Source: Podarcis cretensis
Taxonomy: Eukaryota
Assembly: GCA_951804945.1 (NCBI GenBank)
Contig: OX638153.1
Span: 26,350,001-26,414,000 of the forward strand
Direction of reading: 5' to 3'
Length of the DNA: 64,000 nucleotides
The notes beneath the pieces are model-generated. The model worked only from the letters and a program-made list of their open reading frames with translations, was not told the origin of the DNA and searched no databases. Both the position numbers and the translations under genes were made by a program. Positions 37,533 through 49,597 of the stretch are shown piece by piece (position 1 is the first letter of the stretch; each line of letters starts with the position of its first letter).

Positions 37533-38770
37533 GCCAGCTGCGGAAGCCCACATGCAATCTGCAATGCTGTATAGTTGCATGGGAGTCCCAAGAAACAGTG
37601 CTGAGCCTAAAGACTCACCCGAGAGCTTTGCTACTGGAGAAAGCAGGATGCTTTTGCTGCACTTAAAGAAAAATAAAGACCCCCTCAGCTGTGGTGCCCT
37701 GGCCTGCATGGGTCCTAGCCAACCCCAGGCTGAGGAGATAAATCCTGGGAGAGTTGGTTTTCTGTATGGGGCTTCTAAGATATTGTTTATATGAGAGGAG
37801 GGGAGTAGTTTCCAGTTGTTAAGTGTGTAATAGCACCCCAGTTTTCCTTAGCGTCTATCAGGCCTTTTTGGGGATAGATAGAATAATTTTTGTTTACTTT
37901 TTTCGAAATTATTTAAAATACGCTGTTTCCAAGAGCTGCCTCTGTCCTTTTGTCTCTGCTGTAGCAAACCCATCAGCTGAATAAACTATCCAGAGGAAGC
38001 TGAAGGTGGAAAGGGTACAAATCCGGACAGAGAGGGAGGCAAATGGTGTAGATTATTTATAATCTTGCAGCTTAAGAGAAGTAGAATCTCTTCTCTTCCC
38101 GAAACGCTTTCCTCACAGCTTAGGGTGCCTCTCAGATTTTTGTCCTAGTGGGAGCCGGAAGCCCCTAAGTCACCCTGGTGACAGAAAGGGTAAAGTTCCT
38201 GTGGCACAGGATTCCTGCCGAGCAGCAAAACTGCACACTGGGAAGAGCCTCTGTGCATCTGGTACACATAAAAGCCAGGATCCTTGATGCAACTGTTGAA
38301 TCATGGTTCTCCTTTGTGGAAATTGGCTGCAGATTGTCCCGTTTTTGTTTAATCATTTCTTCATCATATCCTGTCTCCAACCTTTTGAATGTTAAAGGCC
38401 CAGAACAGCTTTTGGAACCACGCATAGTCTTGTGGACTTTTACACAAATAAGAGCGCTGCCTGGTCTTCATTTAAAGTGACAAACATGGAAGGTTTCCAA
38501 ATCTGCAAGCAATACAAAAGGAGCGCTTAGCAGGAAAGGGCCTGTTCTGCGTGTGAACAACTCGAAGCTAGTAACTTTTGCGCAGTGCAAAGGACACATG
38601 CAGTGCCGTTAGGGTTTTTGGCTGCTGGAGCTACATGCACACCTCTCTGAAACTTTGACTCGCTTGTCTCTGGTTTTCACTCCTGTTTTACTCCCTCTTT
38701 ACCAAGGGGTGAACAGTTCAGACCAGCTTTTCCAGCACCAATTTTCCTCTGGTAACGCCACACTCTTAAT

Positions 38771-38775
<5 letters not shown>

Positions 38776-38819
<44 letters not shown>

Positions 38820-38831
38820 AGCGAGAGAGAG
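38776..38831. repeat. Compound (TG)n(AG)n microsatellite
   Basis: Read directly. Confidence 0.93.
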
Positions 38832-39642
38832 CGCACAAACTCTGAAATTATTTCACACATCTGCAAGTAGAGCACAAGCGGCAGATATACATGGTATGAT
38901 CTGTGCAGGCCTCAGACGCCAGCAAATTCGGAACACCCACCCAGGAAAGATGTGGGACCATCAAGCTTCTAAGCTTGTATCCACTGGTGGTCTCCTCCAG
39001 AATGAATATTTGAATTTTTGTGAATTAGTTTTATGGCTGAGCAATCCTGCTGAGTGGATTGAAGGTGGCATTTGGAGAAAGTGAGGTGACTGCCTCAAGC
39101 AGCAGCCCAAGCTGTTTCTTCAGAGGCACCTGTTCCCTCTGTTGCCACAGTCCTGTCCTCAGCTGATCTGCTGCCTCAGATGTGGGGAATTCCACTTCAC
39201 CACCAGTGCTGAAGTAAGAGTTAATGGCTAGCTAGTCCAATAGGCTTCGGAATGTAGAACTGGAGCCAGCAAGATGTCTGACCAGCAAATACAGCATTTC
39301 ATGAGCTATCAGTATGTTTTATGATTCACAGTATTTGAATGCTATTACAAGTAATCTATCAAGTACCATCATAGGCTACTAGTGGACAACTGTGTCCATT
39401 CTAAGTCCTCGGGTGCCCTGGGGACCTCCATTTCCCAGAGTCCCATGGGGCTTAAGATATTGTGGTTTTAACATTCCAAGGAACAATGCTACTGTAAGGA
39501 AACATTTGGGGGAAGAGAAGGAGTTTCAAGAATTGTGAGAAGTTGGGAGAGGTGTTCAGGCCCCACTGCAGTCCTAAAGATGCCACATTTTGGCTTGGGA
39601 AATGAGTGTTTTTTTCTTTCTGTTTGTATATGTGAGAAAGTA

Positions 39643-39868
39643 CAGTGGTACCTCGGGTTACATATGCTTCAGGTTACAGACTCTGCTAACCCAGAAATAG
39701 TACCTTGGGTTAAGAACTTTGCTTCAGGATGAGAAAAGAAACCGTGTGGCAGCGGTGCAGCAGCAGCAGGAGGCCCCATTGGCTAAAGTGGTGCTTCAGG
39801 TTAAGAACAGTTTCAGGTTAAGAACGGACCTCCGGAACGAATTAAGTACTTAACCCGAGGTACCACTG
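39643..39868. mobile_element. Tc1/mariner MITE, copy 2
   Basis: Perfect TIR cagtggtacctcgggtta / taacccgaggtaccactg; TA TSD. Confidence 0.9.
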
Positions 39869-42581
39869 TAACTCGTATTATCCAAATCTATTCTGAGCTG
39901 AACCAAAACAGCCAGCTATCAAACACTGCAGAATATCAAAGATGGAGGGAGGGGGAGGGACCCACTGGAATCAAACCTAATTGGATTTCAAATACAGGTA
40001 TCAAATATTTGCTAAACGTTTGGGTATTCAGAGAATATCTGGGAAGCAAATTCCTTTCAAGTCTATAAATAAACTTTTACAGCCGATATGGAAAGCTTTT
40101 TTGGCCTCCTCTCCAAGTTGCTAAGTTTCTCTGGCCCCATTATAACTGTGAGCTAATGTGACAGCAAATACTGCATTGCTTTAAAACAATTGCAGATGTT
40201 TAACACGGAGATTGCTGGTGTGGTTTTGCAGGCGACAGCAGATGGCAGAGTGTCTCCACAGAAGGTGATGTGAGACTAAGCCTGGGTTCTTCCACTTCCC
40301 TGCTGTGGTAGCAGATGGAAGTGCTGGCCAGCAAGGAGGACACAGAAATGCCATGGTAGGTTGTGTGCAGCACTGCCTTTGATGACTGGCCAGTTAGCAC
40401 AGTGCGTGTTAAATAAGCATTGATGGGGTAAAGGAGATGTGCCCAAGATCAGAGGAGGAGGAGGAGGAGTATATCCACCAGTTGGACAAAACAACAAGCA
40501 GTCAGACATACTGCTGCAAGTTTACCTTAGATGTGATTTGCTCTGAAGTAGCTGTGCATTGGATTGCAATCTCAGGCAATCTTTGGTGTAAATTTGCAGA
40601 GTTCTGTATGGGGGTGATACATACTGAAGTCATGAGGATATGCGTTTGTCTCGAGTTTATCACTCTGTTTCTGTGCCCTCTTTCTAAGAGAGTGAAGCAT
40701 TTCTATAATATTGCTAGTTTTGTCGAATGCTTTCAGTTCTTGAATCTCAGTAAGATGCTGAACCCCACTAATCCGGCACCAATAATTTCTCAATTTTAGT
40801 AAGTTTCTAATATATATAAATTCAGTAGGTACAGATATCTTCAGGTGGGGGATCTAATATGTTTGAAAGCCCTCCCCTCATATAAATCTTTCCACCTAGC
40901 ATGTTAGGGAGAAAGGTTTTAGCCTAGGGAGATCTAATTTTCTATATCTACAGGGTTTCTTTTATGTAGGGTTCAGTCCCTCATTTGCTGTCTGAAGTAG
41001 TACAATCCAGTAAGAGTTGTGTCATGTGAGTCTGCTGATCATATTGCTCAGATCTAAGGAACTAATATCATGTAAATGTTTTGGGGGCTTTTTTACTTTA
41101 ATTTTATAATACTGCTTAGGTATTTTTAATGTTGACTCTATTATGGCACTGTTTTATTGTTTTTCTGTTGTATTTTTTACGTGCCAAGAACTTATGAGAT
41201 TTTTAAATATTAAACAGTTTAGAAAGGCTTTTAAATCAATGAATTAAATCAATAGAGAATGTCTAATGTTCTCAGATCAGAGGTTGCTCATTGTGTGTTT
41301 AAATAACGAGAGTGCAAATAGTTGAAGCACAATGTCTCAAAATCTGCTGTTTTCATCAGGTTATTAACATAACATTTCTGTATCTGAGTCATATCTTGGG
41401 AACCCTGCGCTGTGTTTTAAAGAATCTCTCACTGATCCCCAAGAGGACATTCTTGTCAGAGTAATGCAAGTGGAATCTTCAGAAAAATCATGAACCAGAT
41501 GAATTTCGTCAGTGTTTGAAAATGTGCCGCACAGTAACTTTACAAGGCTCTGTCACTCCAGCTGCAGTGCTAACTAGTGGGCGGGGGGCTGCTGGTATTG
41601 ATTCTCTACCCCTAAGAACTGCTATTTTAAATCCTTTAACTGGAATTTACAGATATAAAGATAGACAGAGCCCCTGTATCTTTAAAAGATGGAATCCCAA
41701 CAGGTGTTGGGGGTTTCCCATCTTGGCATCCAAAACTCATTGGAAGCAAGCAGGTGCCTAAAAGCAGACACCATATTTCCACAGAGAACAGTTGCCAACG
41801 CTGCCACTCTGCTTCACTTGACTCTAGCAAGCTAAGACTCAATCTAGACAAGCCAGGTGCTTTTTGTCAGCACTGATGCTGATCTTGAGATTAAACACAC
41901 ACCTTGTTATGACAGGGAAGCACTCTTGTTGGAAGTTCAAGCCAGTTCAAAGGTTGGAAGTGCTCCCGAACCCAGCTTTGCTCCCAAAGTAGACAGGTAG
42001 CTGCTGTGGTCAGAACAAGTCCAGACCACTGATGAGGGCTTGTTGTTCCTGCTGGTTCATTGCTGATCCTGTCGTTCATTTCAGCTAAGATTTGAGTAAA
42101 GCTTTGAGAAGTCATTCCTTCAAAAAAGCAGGACTGTAAACAAATTTTACAGTTTTCCTCCCTTGACAAAGTTACAGAAGTTTCTCTGTCAAATTGTTGC
42201 CACTCCAGTTATTGAAAACAGAACAATCTGCTAAATGTTAATTTGGGAAATGTGTGACTCCATTCTCACTGCAGAGAAACCATGACTGAAGGTGCATTGA
42301 CTGGTTTTGTACATGCTAGTATGATCTATAGCAACCTAGAGTGTGGCTTCCATTGGGGCACCAATCGCAGGGCTTGTATTTACATATCTATCCTTTTCCT
42401 CCACCACATGTGCGCTACAAGCTCTCAGTAAAACTTGAAACGCTTAATCCATTCATTCACCTATTTGGAATGTATATGCCACATGTGATTTAATATAAAT
42501 AGGTATTAACTATATTGTATGTTCTGGACGTACTATATATTATATTGTATACTATATATACAACATACTATATTGTATGTT

Positions 42582-42943
42582 GGGACGCAGGTGGCGCTGT
42601 GGGTTAAAGCCTCAGCGCCTAGGACTTGCCGATCGAAAGGTCGGCGGTTGGAATCCCTGCGGCGGGGTGCGCTCCCGCTGCTCGGTCCCAGCGCCTGCCA
42701 ACCTAGCAGTTCGAAAGCACCTCCGGGTGCAAGTAGATAAATAGGGACCGCTTACCAGCGGGAAGGTAAACGGCGTTTCCGTGTGCGGCTCTGGCTCGCC
42801 AGAGCAGCGATGTCACGCTGGCCACGTGACCCGGAAGTGTCTCCGGACAGCGCTGGCCCCTGGCCTCTTAAGTGAGATGGGCGCACAACCCCAGAGTCTG
42901 TCAAGACTGGCCCGTATGGGCAGGGGTACCTTTACCTTTACCT
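42582..42943 (+). mobile_element. Sauria SINE, young subfamily B
   Basis: About 4 substitutions relative to 13395-13776 apart from a hexamer expansion; TSD tatgttctgga (42518-42528 / 42944-42954). Confidence 0.94.
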
Positions 42944-45900
42944 TATGTTCTGGATAGGTATAGTCAACTATTCAAGGGCAGCTTGCAAAAGGAGAGCAAA
43001 TTACATATTTGATGTTAGTTTTTTCAGAAAATAATGTGTTCAGGACACAGGATAAGCTAAGCTAAGCTATTTTCCAAAGTTTTTAGAGCTTGTCAGAGGC
43101 AGTTCTCCTCGCCACTACTTCTAATAAGAAGCTCTCCATGGGATACAGGGAAGGCTTCAGTCATTTTCATGCCCGAAGCAAATGTTTAAATTACAACCCT
43201 CTCTTTGCATCCTTTTAATATTATAGAAAAAGAGGTTCGAGACTATTAGGAAACATCCCCAATCATTATACAACATTAAGGTTCTCGTGTTAAAAGTTCC
43301 CAGCCATTCATCAATTTGCCCATTCACTGTGATAGGCCTGTTCACAGTATAAACAACAACATGCATTGGTTTCTCAGGAGCGGAAACAGATTTTGTCTTG
43401 GGGCTCATGTTTGAAAACCCTCCCCCACCACAGACCTCTCTAAATTGAAATATCCTTGCGGAGTTGCAGTACTTATAAACATCCCAGATGATTCATTGAG
43501 GTCTTCAGATGCCAGGGTGCAATTATAATAGTTGGGGCAGAATACGCCAGAAAGTCCTCCTGTGCAAGCCTTCGTAAGATTAATGGGTGATATGCAAAAG
43601 CACAGAATTTATTTCAATTTATAGCATTCCCCAATTCCAAAGGCTTGGAAGAGGTAACAAAAGCAACACACCATTCTTGGAAAGCACATGATTTTCCTCA
43701 AAGAATCTTGGGAATGGTAATCCTGAGAATATAACAGACTAGAGAACTTAACAGACTAGAGTTCCCAGGATTCTTTGGGAGTTGTGCTTTAATTGTATGG
43801 TGCATACACAGCCAACGTCAGCAAAACATGATAGTGTCCGTCCCCCCCCCCCCAGTTTCAGTCAACTGAATCCTGAGTCCCAATGGGATAACCAGCAGCT
43901 GAATGCTTCTAAACAATGCCCAGATCCAAGTATTCTATTATTGGGTGCAGACAGTAAGAACTTCTCATGCCCCTGCCTTTTTGCTGTCCCTCGTGCACAA
44001 GTGGTGCCCTGAACACTGCTATCTTAAACACACTTATTACAGAGTGAACCCCACTGAAAATAGTAGGGTAAACTGGGTAAACATGTGTAGGGTTTGTTCT
44101 GTAAGGATTTGACATGTCAGGTACCATAGTGATAAGCGGCGGCTCACTCAACACGTTGATTTAATTAGAAACTGAGAGCAGTGAAGCCAGTGGGGCAGAA
44201 CCTCAAATGCAGGTGGTGAAAAATTCAGAACTCATCTGGCTGATCGTAGGTCTGTGTTTTCCTTTCCTTTCCTTATGAAAGTTCCAGGCAGCTAGTTCTG
44301 CCATTCAGGCAAAGGATGGGTCTGGCAGATTCTCTACCATGTCACCCATCAAGCTAAACACAGCTGATTATCCATGTATTCTGGTTGGCAGAACCACCCA
44401 TCTATTTTTATAGCCATTGGCAGTCAGCAAAATGTTAATCGAGCCCCTTGTGGGACTAGGTCCATGGTTGGTGGACTGTGTAAAGCTTGGGCTAGTCGCA
44501 AGTTGAGCAGGACTAATAATATATGCCAACATTATCTGGAAATTGACCCCTCTTGTGTTTTCATGTTGTAAGATGTGTTTCATAGAACTTTCCCTCTTAA
44601 TATATGTATAGCTCAAGATCACAGCTTGTTAAGCCTGGGACATTTCAAACCCTTGGAATGTGGTTGATAAAAGCTTCTGTCTTCCTGACCTGGTTATTTC
44701 ATTCAAACTGTGAAAGATCCAATTAATAAAGAAGCATGCCCAAAAGAAATAAACCAGGAATTTGGAGATGGACACATACCAAACAAAAAAACCCCACCAA
44801 CCTGCACTCAGCATTTTACTGGGGAATTTAATTACCCTCCAAACATTGTTCAAAAGTGTTTCACAACTGGATGCTGGCACATCTGCCTTGAAATCTTTAC
44901 TAGTTCCCTTCCCACGCTAGTTTCGTCTCAAAGGTATTTTGGCTTGTTTTAATGCACTGCAGGGAAACGAGAAACATCTGAAGCCATTACTCCGTGCTGT
45001 GAAATACTTAGGGCTTATCAATGTTTAACACATAGGTATGAATAATGTATTTAATATATACATCTCTTCTAGCAAGTCCTCTAAAGAGATAGTTAGCTGC
45101 AACATATACATCAATGCAATTGTTCCATAAGCAACTGGCAGCTTTCATTGAACTGATTACATTTGTGCTTTAGTTCTAACACAATGTATTGCCCAGAATG
45201 CTACATGTGCAGCTTATTTTCACATTCCTCTATTAGTCATTTTTCCAATATTTGGTATATAAGAACCTTGCTGTTGTAACATAAGGGAGCAGTTTTGGAT
45301 AACGCTTGTGCACAGTTTTTGTAACAGAATCGCAAAGATACCACATTTACAAGTATTCCAGTCATTCTTTTTTCCAAACAAATCACCAATAAATAAATAA
45401 AAATCATCTTCCTACCACCACTACGGTGGAACAACTTCAAGATGTAATCAGGGGCAGATGCCCCATTGCACAGTTGCTCTGAGCTATGCCGTTCGGCAAT
45501 AGTCTTGTGCCCTATCCATTTCTCTGTTTCTCATCTCTTCTCTCTAAGAACCAACTCCAGTAATTTTAACCTTTCCTTTCCAAACAGCATTATCTTTACA
45601 CCCATTCCTTCTTTATATCATTATCAGAGGAGAGAGAGAGAGAGAGACTGGGGTGTGCGCTTCATAGATTTATGTTAACATTTCTAAACAGCTAAGCTTG
45701 TCTAATATTTGTCCTTTATTGATGTGTGAAGTCAGGACATTGATATAATTAGATTACTCATGAATCCTGAATCGAATGTGAATTACTGATCCCAAGCCTA
45801 TTATTTCTTTATTGTTACAATACAATACAAGCCTATTATCCATTTATTGTTACAAGGTCGAGCTTGGGCCGGTCACTGTCTCTCAGCTTAGCCTACCTCA

Positions 45901-46230
45901 CAGGATTGTTGTGAGGATAAAATAGGGAGTGGGGAAACCATGAGCTCCCGTGAGGAAAGATGATTTAGGAAACTTGACTTTTGTCATTGGCTGACGAGAA
46001 GCAGCCCTAGGGATCTCTAAGACCTCATGTTGTTGCTTTCGGTTGACACTGCATTAACATTTCTACTGCCTGCCTGTCCTTGTGTCTGCCCTAGTATGTA
46101 TACCATACATTTGAAGCACATCACCCCCGCCCCTGCCCCCAAAAAACTGTAGGTTACCCCCACAGAACTACAATACCCTTAACAAGCAACAGCTCCTGGG
46201 TTTTTTGGAAGAGCGTGTGTGCTTTAAATA

Positions 46231-46415
46231 CCATATTTTTCTGTGTATAAGACTAGGGTTTTGTTTTGTTTTGTTTTGTTTAACCAAAACAGGAGGTTTA
46301 AAATTGGGGCTCGTCTTATTCACAGGTAGTGCTGAGGGGTGTTTTCTTAATTTGGATTCCCCCAAAATAAGGGGTGTCTTTTACATGGGGGCATCTTATA
46401 CACAGAAAAATATGG
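46231..46415. mobile_element. Tc1/mariner (Tc2/pogo-like) MITE, second family
   Basis: Perfect 22-bp TIR ccatatttttctgtgtataaga; TA on both sides. Confidence 0.85.
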
Positions 46416-46589
46416 TATATGGTGTGCAAGCAGCCATACTAACCCATCTGCTGAACTTGCATATTTGAAAATAAGCAGATATTTTTAAAATGGAACAAGC
46501 CCTCTTTCCTCCCTAGGAACCTGGCCCCATAAAAAGCATCTCTGGGAAGTGGGGAACACAAAACAACATGCCACAGTCTCTATGTCTGA

Positions 46590-47340
46590 AAGTCGGCCCC
46601 TTTATTTAGAGATCTTGGAGTGTCCAACGTGTTGGAAAAGTTGACTGCTCTTGACCGGCTCCTTCTCTCATGTTGAAAGTTTTCTATGTGTAAAATCACC
46701 AGTCGCCCTTCGGTGGTGCTCTAGGGAAATCGCAAGTGAGCCACAAGCCATAACGGTTTTAGAGTGATTTAATAACGTTGTTATAGAAGCATTTTGTTTT
46801 TAAAAAATTGGAAAATCATAACCATGTGAAGTCCTTGGAAAGGGACCACCGACTCTGCTTGAGGGGAGGGCAAAAGGAAGTGAGTGAACGGCAAAAGCCA
46901 GCCTTGGCTGCGAGGTGAGGACACGGCACCGAGGAATGGGCCAAGAAAGTGCAGCGGAGGACTTTGGCCCCACATCCTGCTGTTTCCATAGCAACCGGCA
47001 CTGAAGGGGGACAACAAGCGAAGCAGGAGGAATTTTTTAAATTTTTTTTTTACTGGTGAAACTTATACCCCAGGCTGGGCCTTTCTTGTCAGTCTTTCAA
47101 AACAAATTTAGTTCAGGAAGCTAAAATAAACCTCTGCATTTCAAGTCGAACAGAAGGATGAGTGAGCCAGCGAAGAAGTGCCTGATCCAGAAGATTTCGA
47201 AATTGTCCTCAACTGTGCTGACGATCTGTCCGATTGGCAGTGTAAATATGGTAGCGGAGCGGATGACGTAGCGAGGCCAGAATTAATTCATCCTTCCCAC
47301 TACTGTCCTCTTTCCAAAGTAGACAATCGGTGCTATTGGA
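46590..47340. promoter_or_regulatory. CpG-enriched candidate enhancer/promoter with RFX X-box
   Basis: About two dozen CpGs in ~750 bp of non-repeat sequence; GTTTCCATAGCAAC at 46982-46995; ETS-like AGGAAGTG at 46875; TGACG at 47264. Confidence 0.5.
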
Positions 47341-47399
47341 GACAATTTTACCTCAGGTTTTTTCAGCCCAGGAAAACCCAGCACCTGTTGCAGGATTTA

Positions 47400-47666
47400 C
47401 AAGTGTCCCTATTTTCCAGGGACAGTTCCGGATTTACAGAAGCCGTCCTGGTTTCTGATTTGATCCTGGAATATCCCGCTTTTCCTTAGGACATCCCTAT
47501 TTTCATCAGAGAAATGTTGGAGGTATGCAGCCCCTGAGCCAAGGAGATAAGTAAATATACAACCTTTGGAAGACATCTGAAGGCAGCCCTGTATAGGGAA
47601 GATTTACAATGTTTAATGTTTCATTATGTTTTTATATGTGTTAGAAACTCTGCAGAGTGGGTGGGG

Positions 47667-47706
<40 letters not shown>

Positions 47707-47755
47707 GTTGTTATAGGATGTCCCTGTTTTCATCAGATAAACGTTGGAGGATATT
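47400..47755. mobile_element. Composite MITE carrying an L2 3' tail and (AAT)n
   Basis: tccct(a/g)ttttcatcaga..aa.gttggagg occurs twice (~47490-47527 and ~47715-47752), bracketing an L2-like tail and (AAT)n at 47669-47706. Confidence 0.55.
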
Positions 47756-49223
47756 CTGTTGCTGCGCATCCTTCCTCTGGTGCAATTCCTTAAGGTCACC
47801 TTTGAAGGTTACAGAGCAGCAAAAACAAAAACAAAAAAGACACTGGAGATGATGCTCTTCCAGTGTAGTGTTTGAAATGGGAACTCCATGCATTTTCACC
47901 CACAGTGTGCTGCCTCACCTGAGGCCTGGCAGTGGTTCCTCAAGATCTTAGGCCCAGGTCTTTCCAAACCCTGAAATTGGAGGCCTTGTTAATTGGAAAT
48001 TCTGCAGATCAAACCTGCAGCATGTGGGTCCTAAGCTCCTCCCTCTCAAGTGCCACCAAGATCCTTCCATTGCATCAGTTCGAGGAATCCACGTCTCCTG
48101 TTTGGTGGTGGCCCAAAAATGTAGAGTTAGCAGGTAAGCGCACACATAAACCATCAGTGATAGAGCAAGCAATTGAAGCAATTAATAAGTAGAGGTGAAG
48201 GTCATGGACAATTGTCAGAGTTTCCTCAGCCGTGCCTCCATTATTGGTTATTTGACATTGCTCAACTTTTTCAGAAAGCTTCCAAAACATGAATGTAAAA
48301 TTCTTTCCTTATCAAATCCCCCGTGTCTCCAGCCACCCACTGTAGCAGAAATGCAATCAGTTGCCTTTGTACTGATAACAAGGAGCTGAATAATAGGCCC
48401 ATTATGATGGAAGAGTTCAACAACACTTTAGGTAACGCGATTATTTAGACATAATTGGCATTTCAGAACTATGACTCACAGGGGGCTATTTTAAAATGCT
48501 TGCAAACGAATGAAACTCACGAAGCCTAGTTACTAAGTGCAAGAATAGTAATGGGTGTGCATTTTTGTTGAATTTAGTTCTGCACACAGTGAGGCTGCTT
48601 AACTTCCATTGACTACAATAGGATTTAGGCCATTTTAACTAGGTGCAGAGTTGTAACCCTTGGCGTTGATTTGTTTTATGCGTATGGGTCATCATCTTGG
48701 ACAATCTGAAATCATGCCATTTGGCTGCCTAGTGGGGAAAAGAGAGTCAGACTTTAAATCCATCCCTCTTCTCTCTCTCACCAACAGCTGGCAGGTGCTA
48801 TTTTCATTTCTCCTGTTAGGTTTTTCTCACTGGGATTGTCAGTGTTTTTATTATTCTTGTTCTTATTCCTCTGTTTTATTGTCCTCTGCTTTTAAGAAAC
48901 TTGCGACTGAAATGTACATTGTATTTCTTTGCCCTGCAGAAGAAGACTAAATTACTGACAAGTACATGCAATCCCATGCAGAGAGAAATCATGCGTGCAG
49001 CAGCTTCCATTTGCCATTCCCTGCCATTCCCTGTCCAGTTAGCAATAGATGCACAAAACCTTCATCCATCGTTAAGGATGGGGATAAATCTGAATCTGTT
49101 CACATTTAAAGGTGAACCTAACTAATCCACACTTTCCTTAAAAAATGTGTGAAACAAAATACAGACAGCCTTTGAAATTCAAGCTTGTCTGAATTTTGCA
49201 ATGCAGTTATTTAGCCAAGTAAT

Positions 49224-49597
49224 GAATTGATGCTTTTCAATTCTGGTGCTGGAGGAGACTCTTGAGAGTCCCATGGACTGCAAGAAGATCAAACCTATCC
49301 ATTCTTAAGGAAATCAGCCCTGAGTGCTCACTGGAAGGACAGATCCTGAAGCTGAGGCTCCAATACTTTGGCCACCTCATGAGAAGAGAAGACTCCCTGG
49401 AAGACCCTGATGTTGGGAAAGATGGAGGGCACAAGGAGAAGAGGACGACAGAGGACGAGATGGTTGGACAGTGTTCTCGAAGCTACCAGCATGAGTTTGA
49501 CCAAACTGTGGGAGGCAGTGGAAGACAGGAGTGCCTGGCGTGCTCTGGTCCATGGGGTCACGAAGAGTCGGACACGACTAAACAACAACAACAACAA
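49224..49597 (+). mobile_element. Bov-B (RTE-clade LINE) 3' end, 5'-truncated
   Basis: Encodes ...RRLLRVPWTARRSNLSILKEISPECSLEGQILKLRLQYFGHLMRR / MLGKMEGTRRRGRQRTRWLD (frameshifted); ends gagtcggacacgact(aac)n; interrupts an AT-rich older repeat related to ~61600-61930. Confidence 0.92.

Noticed and set aside
37340-37591. Acidic 83-aa ORF (DEEWWEPPPAPD...)
   Set aside because: Lies mostly within the solo LTR; purine-rich LTR sequence rather than a host gene.
40229-40355. Exon-like segment ttttgcag|...ATG|gtaggt on the + strand
   Set aside because: Stops in all three frames and no supporting neighbouring exons.
9487-42943. All four Sauria SINEs have the same orientation; their heads look tRNA-like
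   Set aside because: Four of four is not significant (1 in 8 by chance), and the heads are SINE A/B boxes, not tRNA genes.
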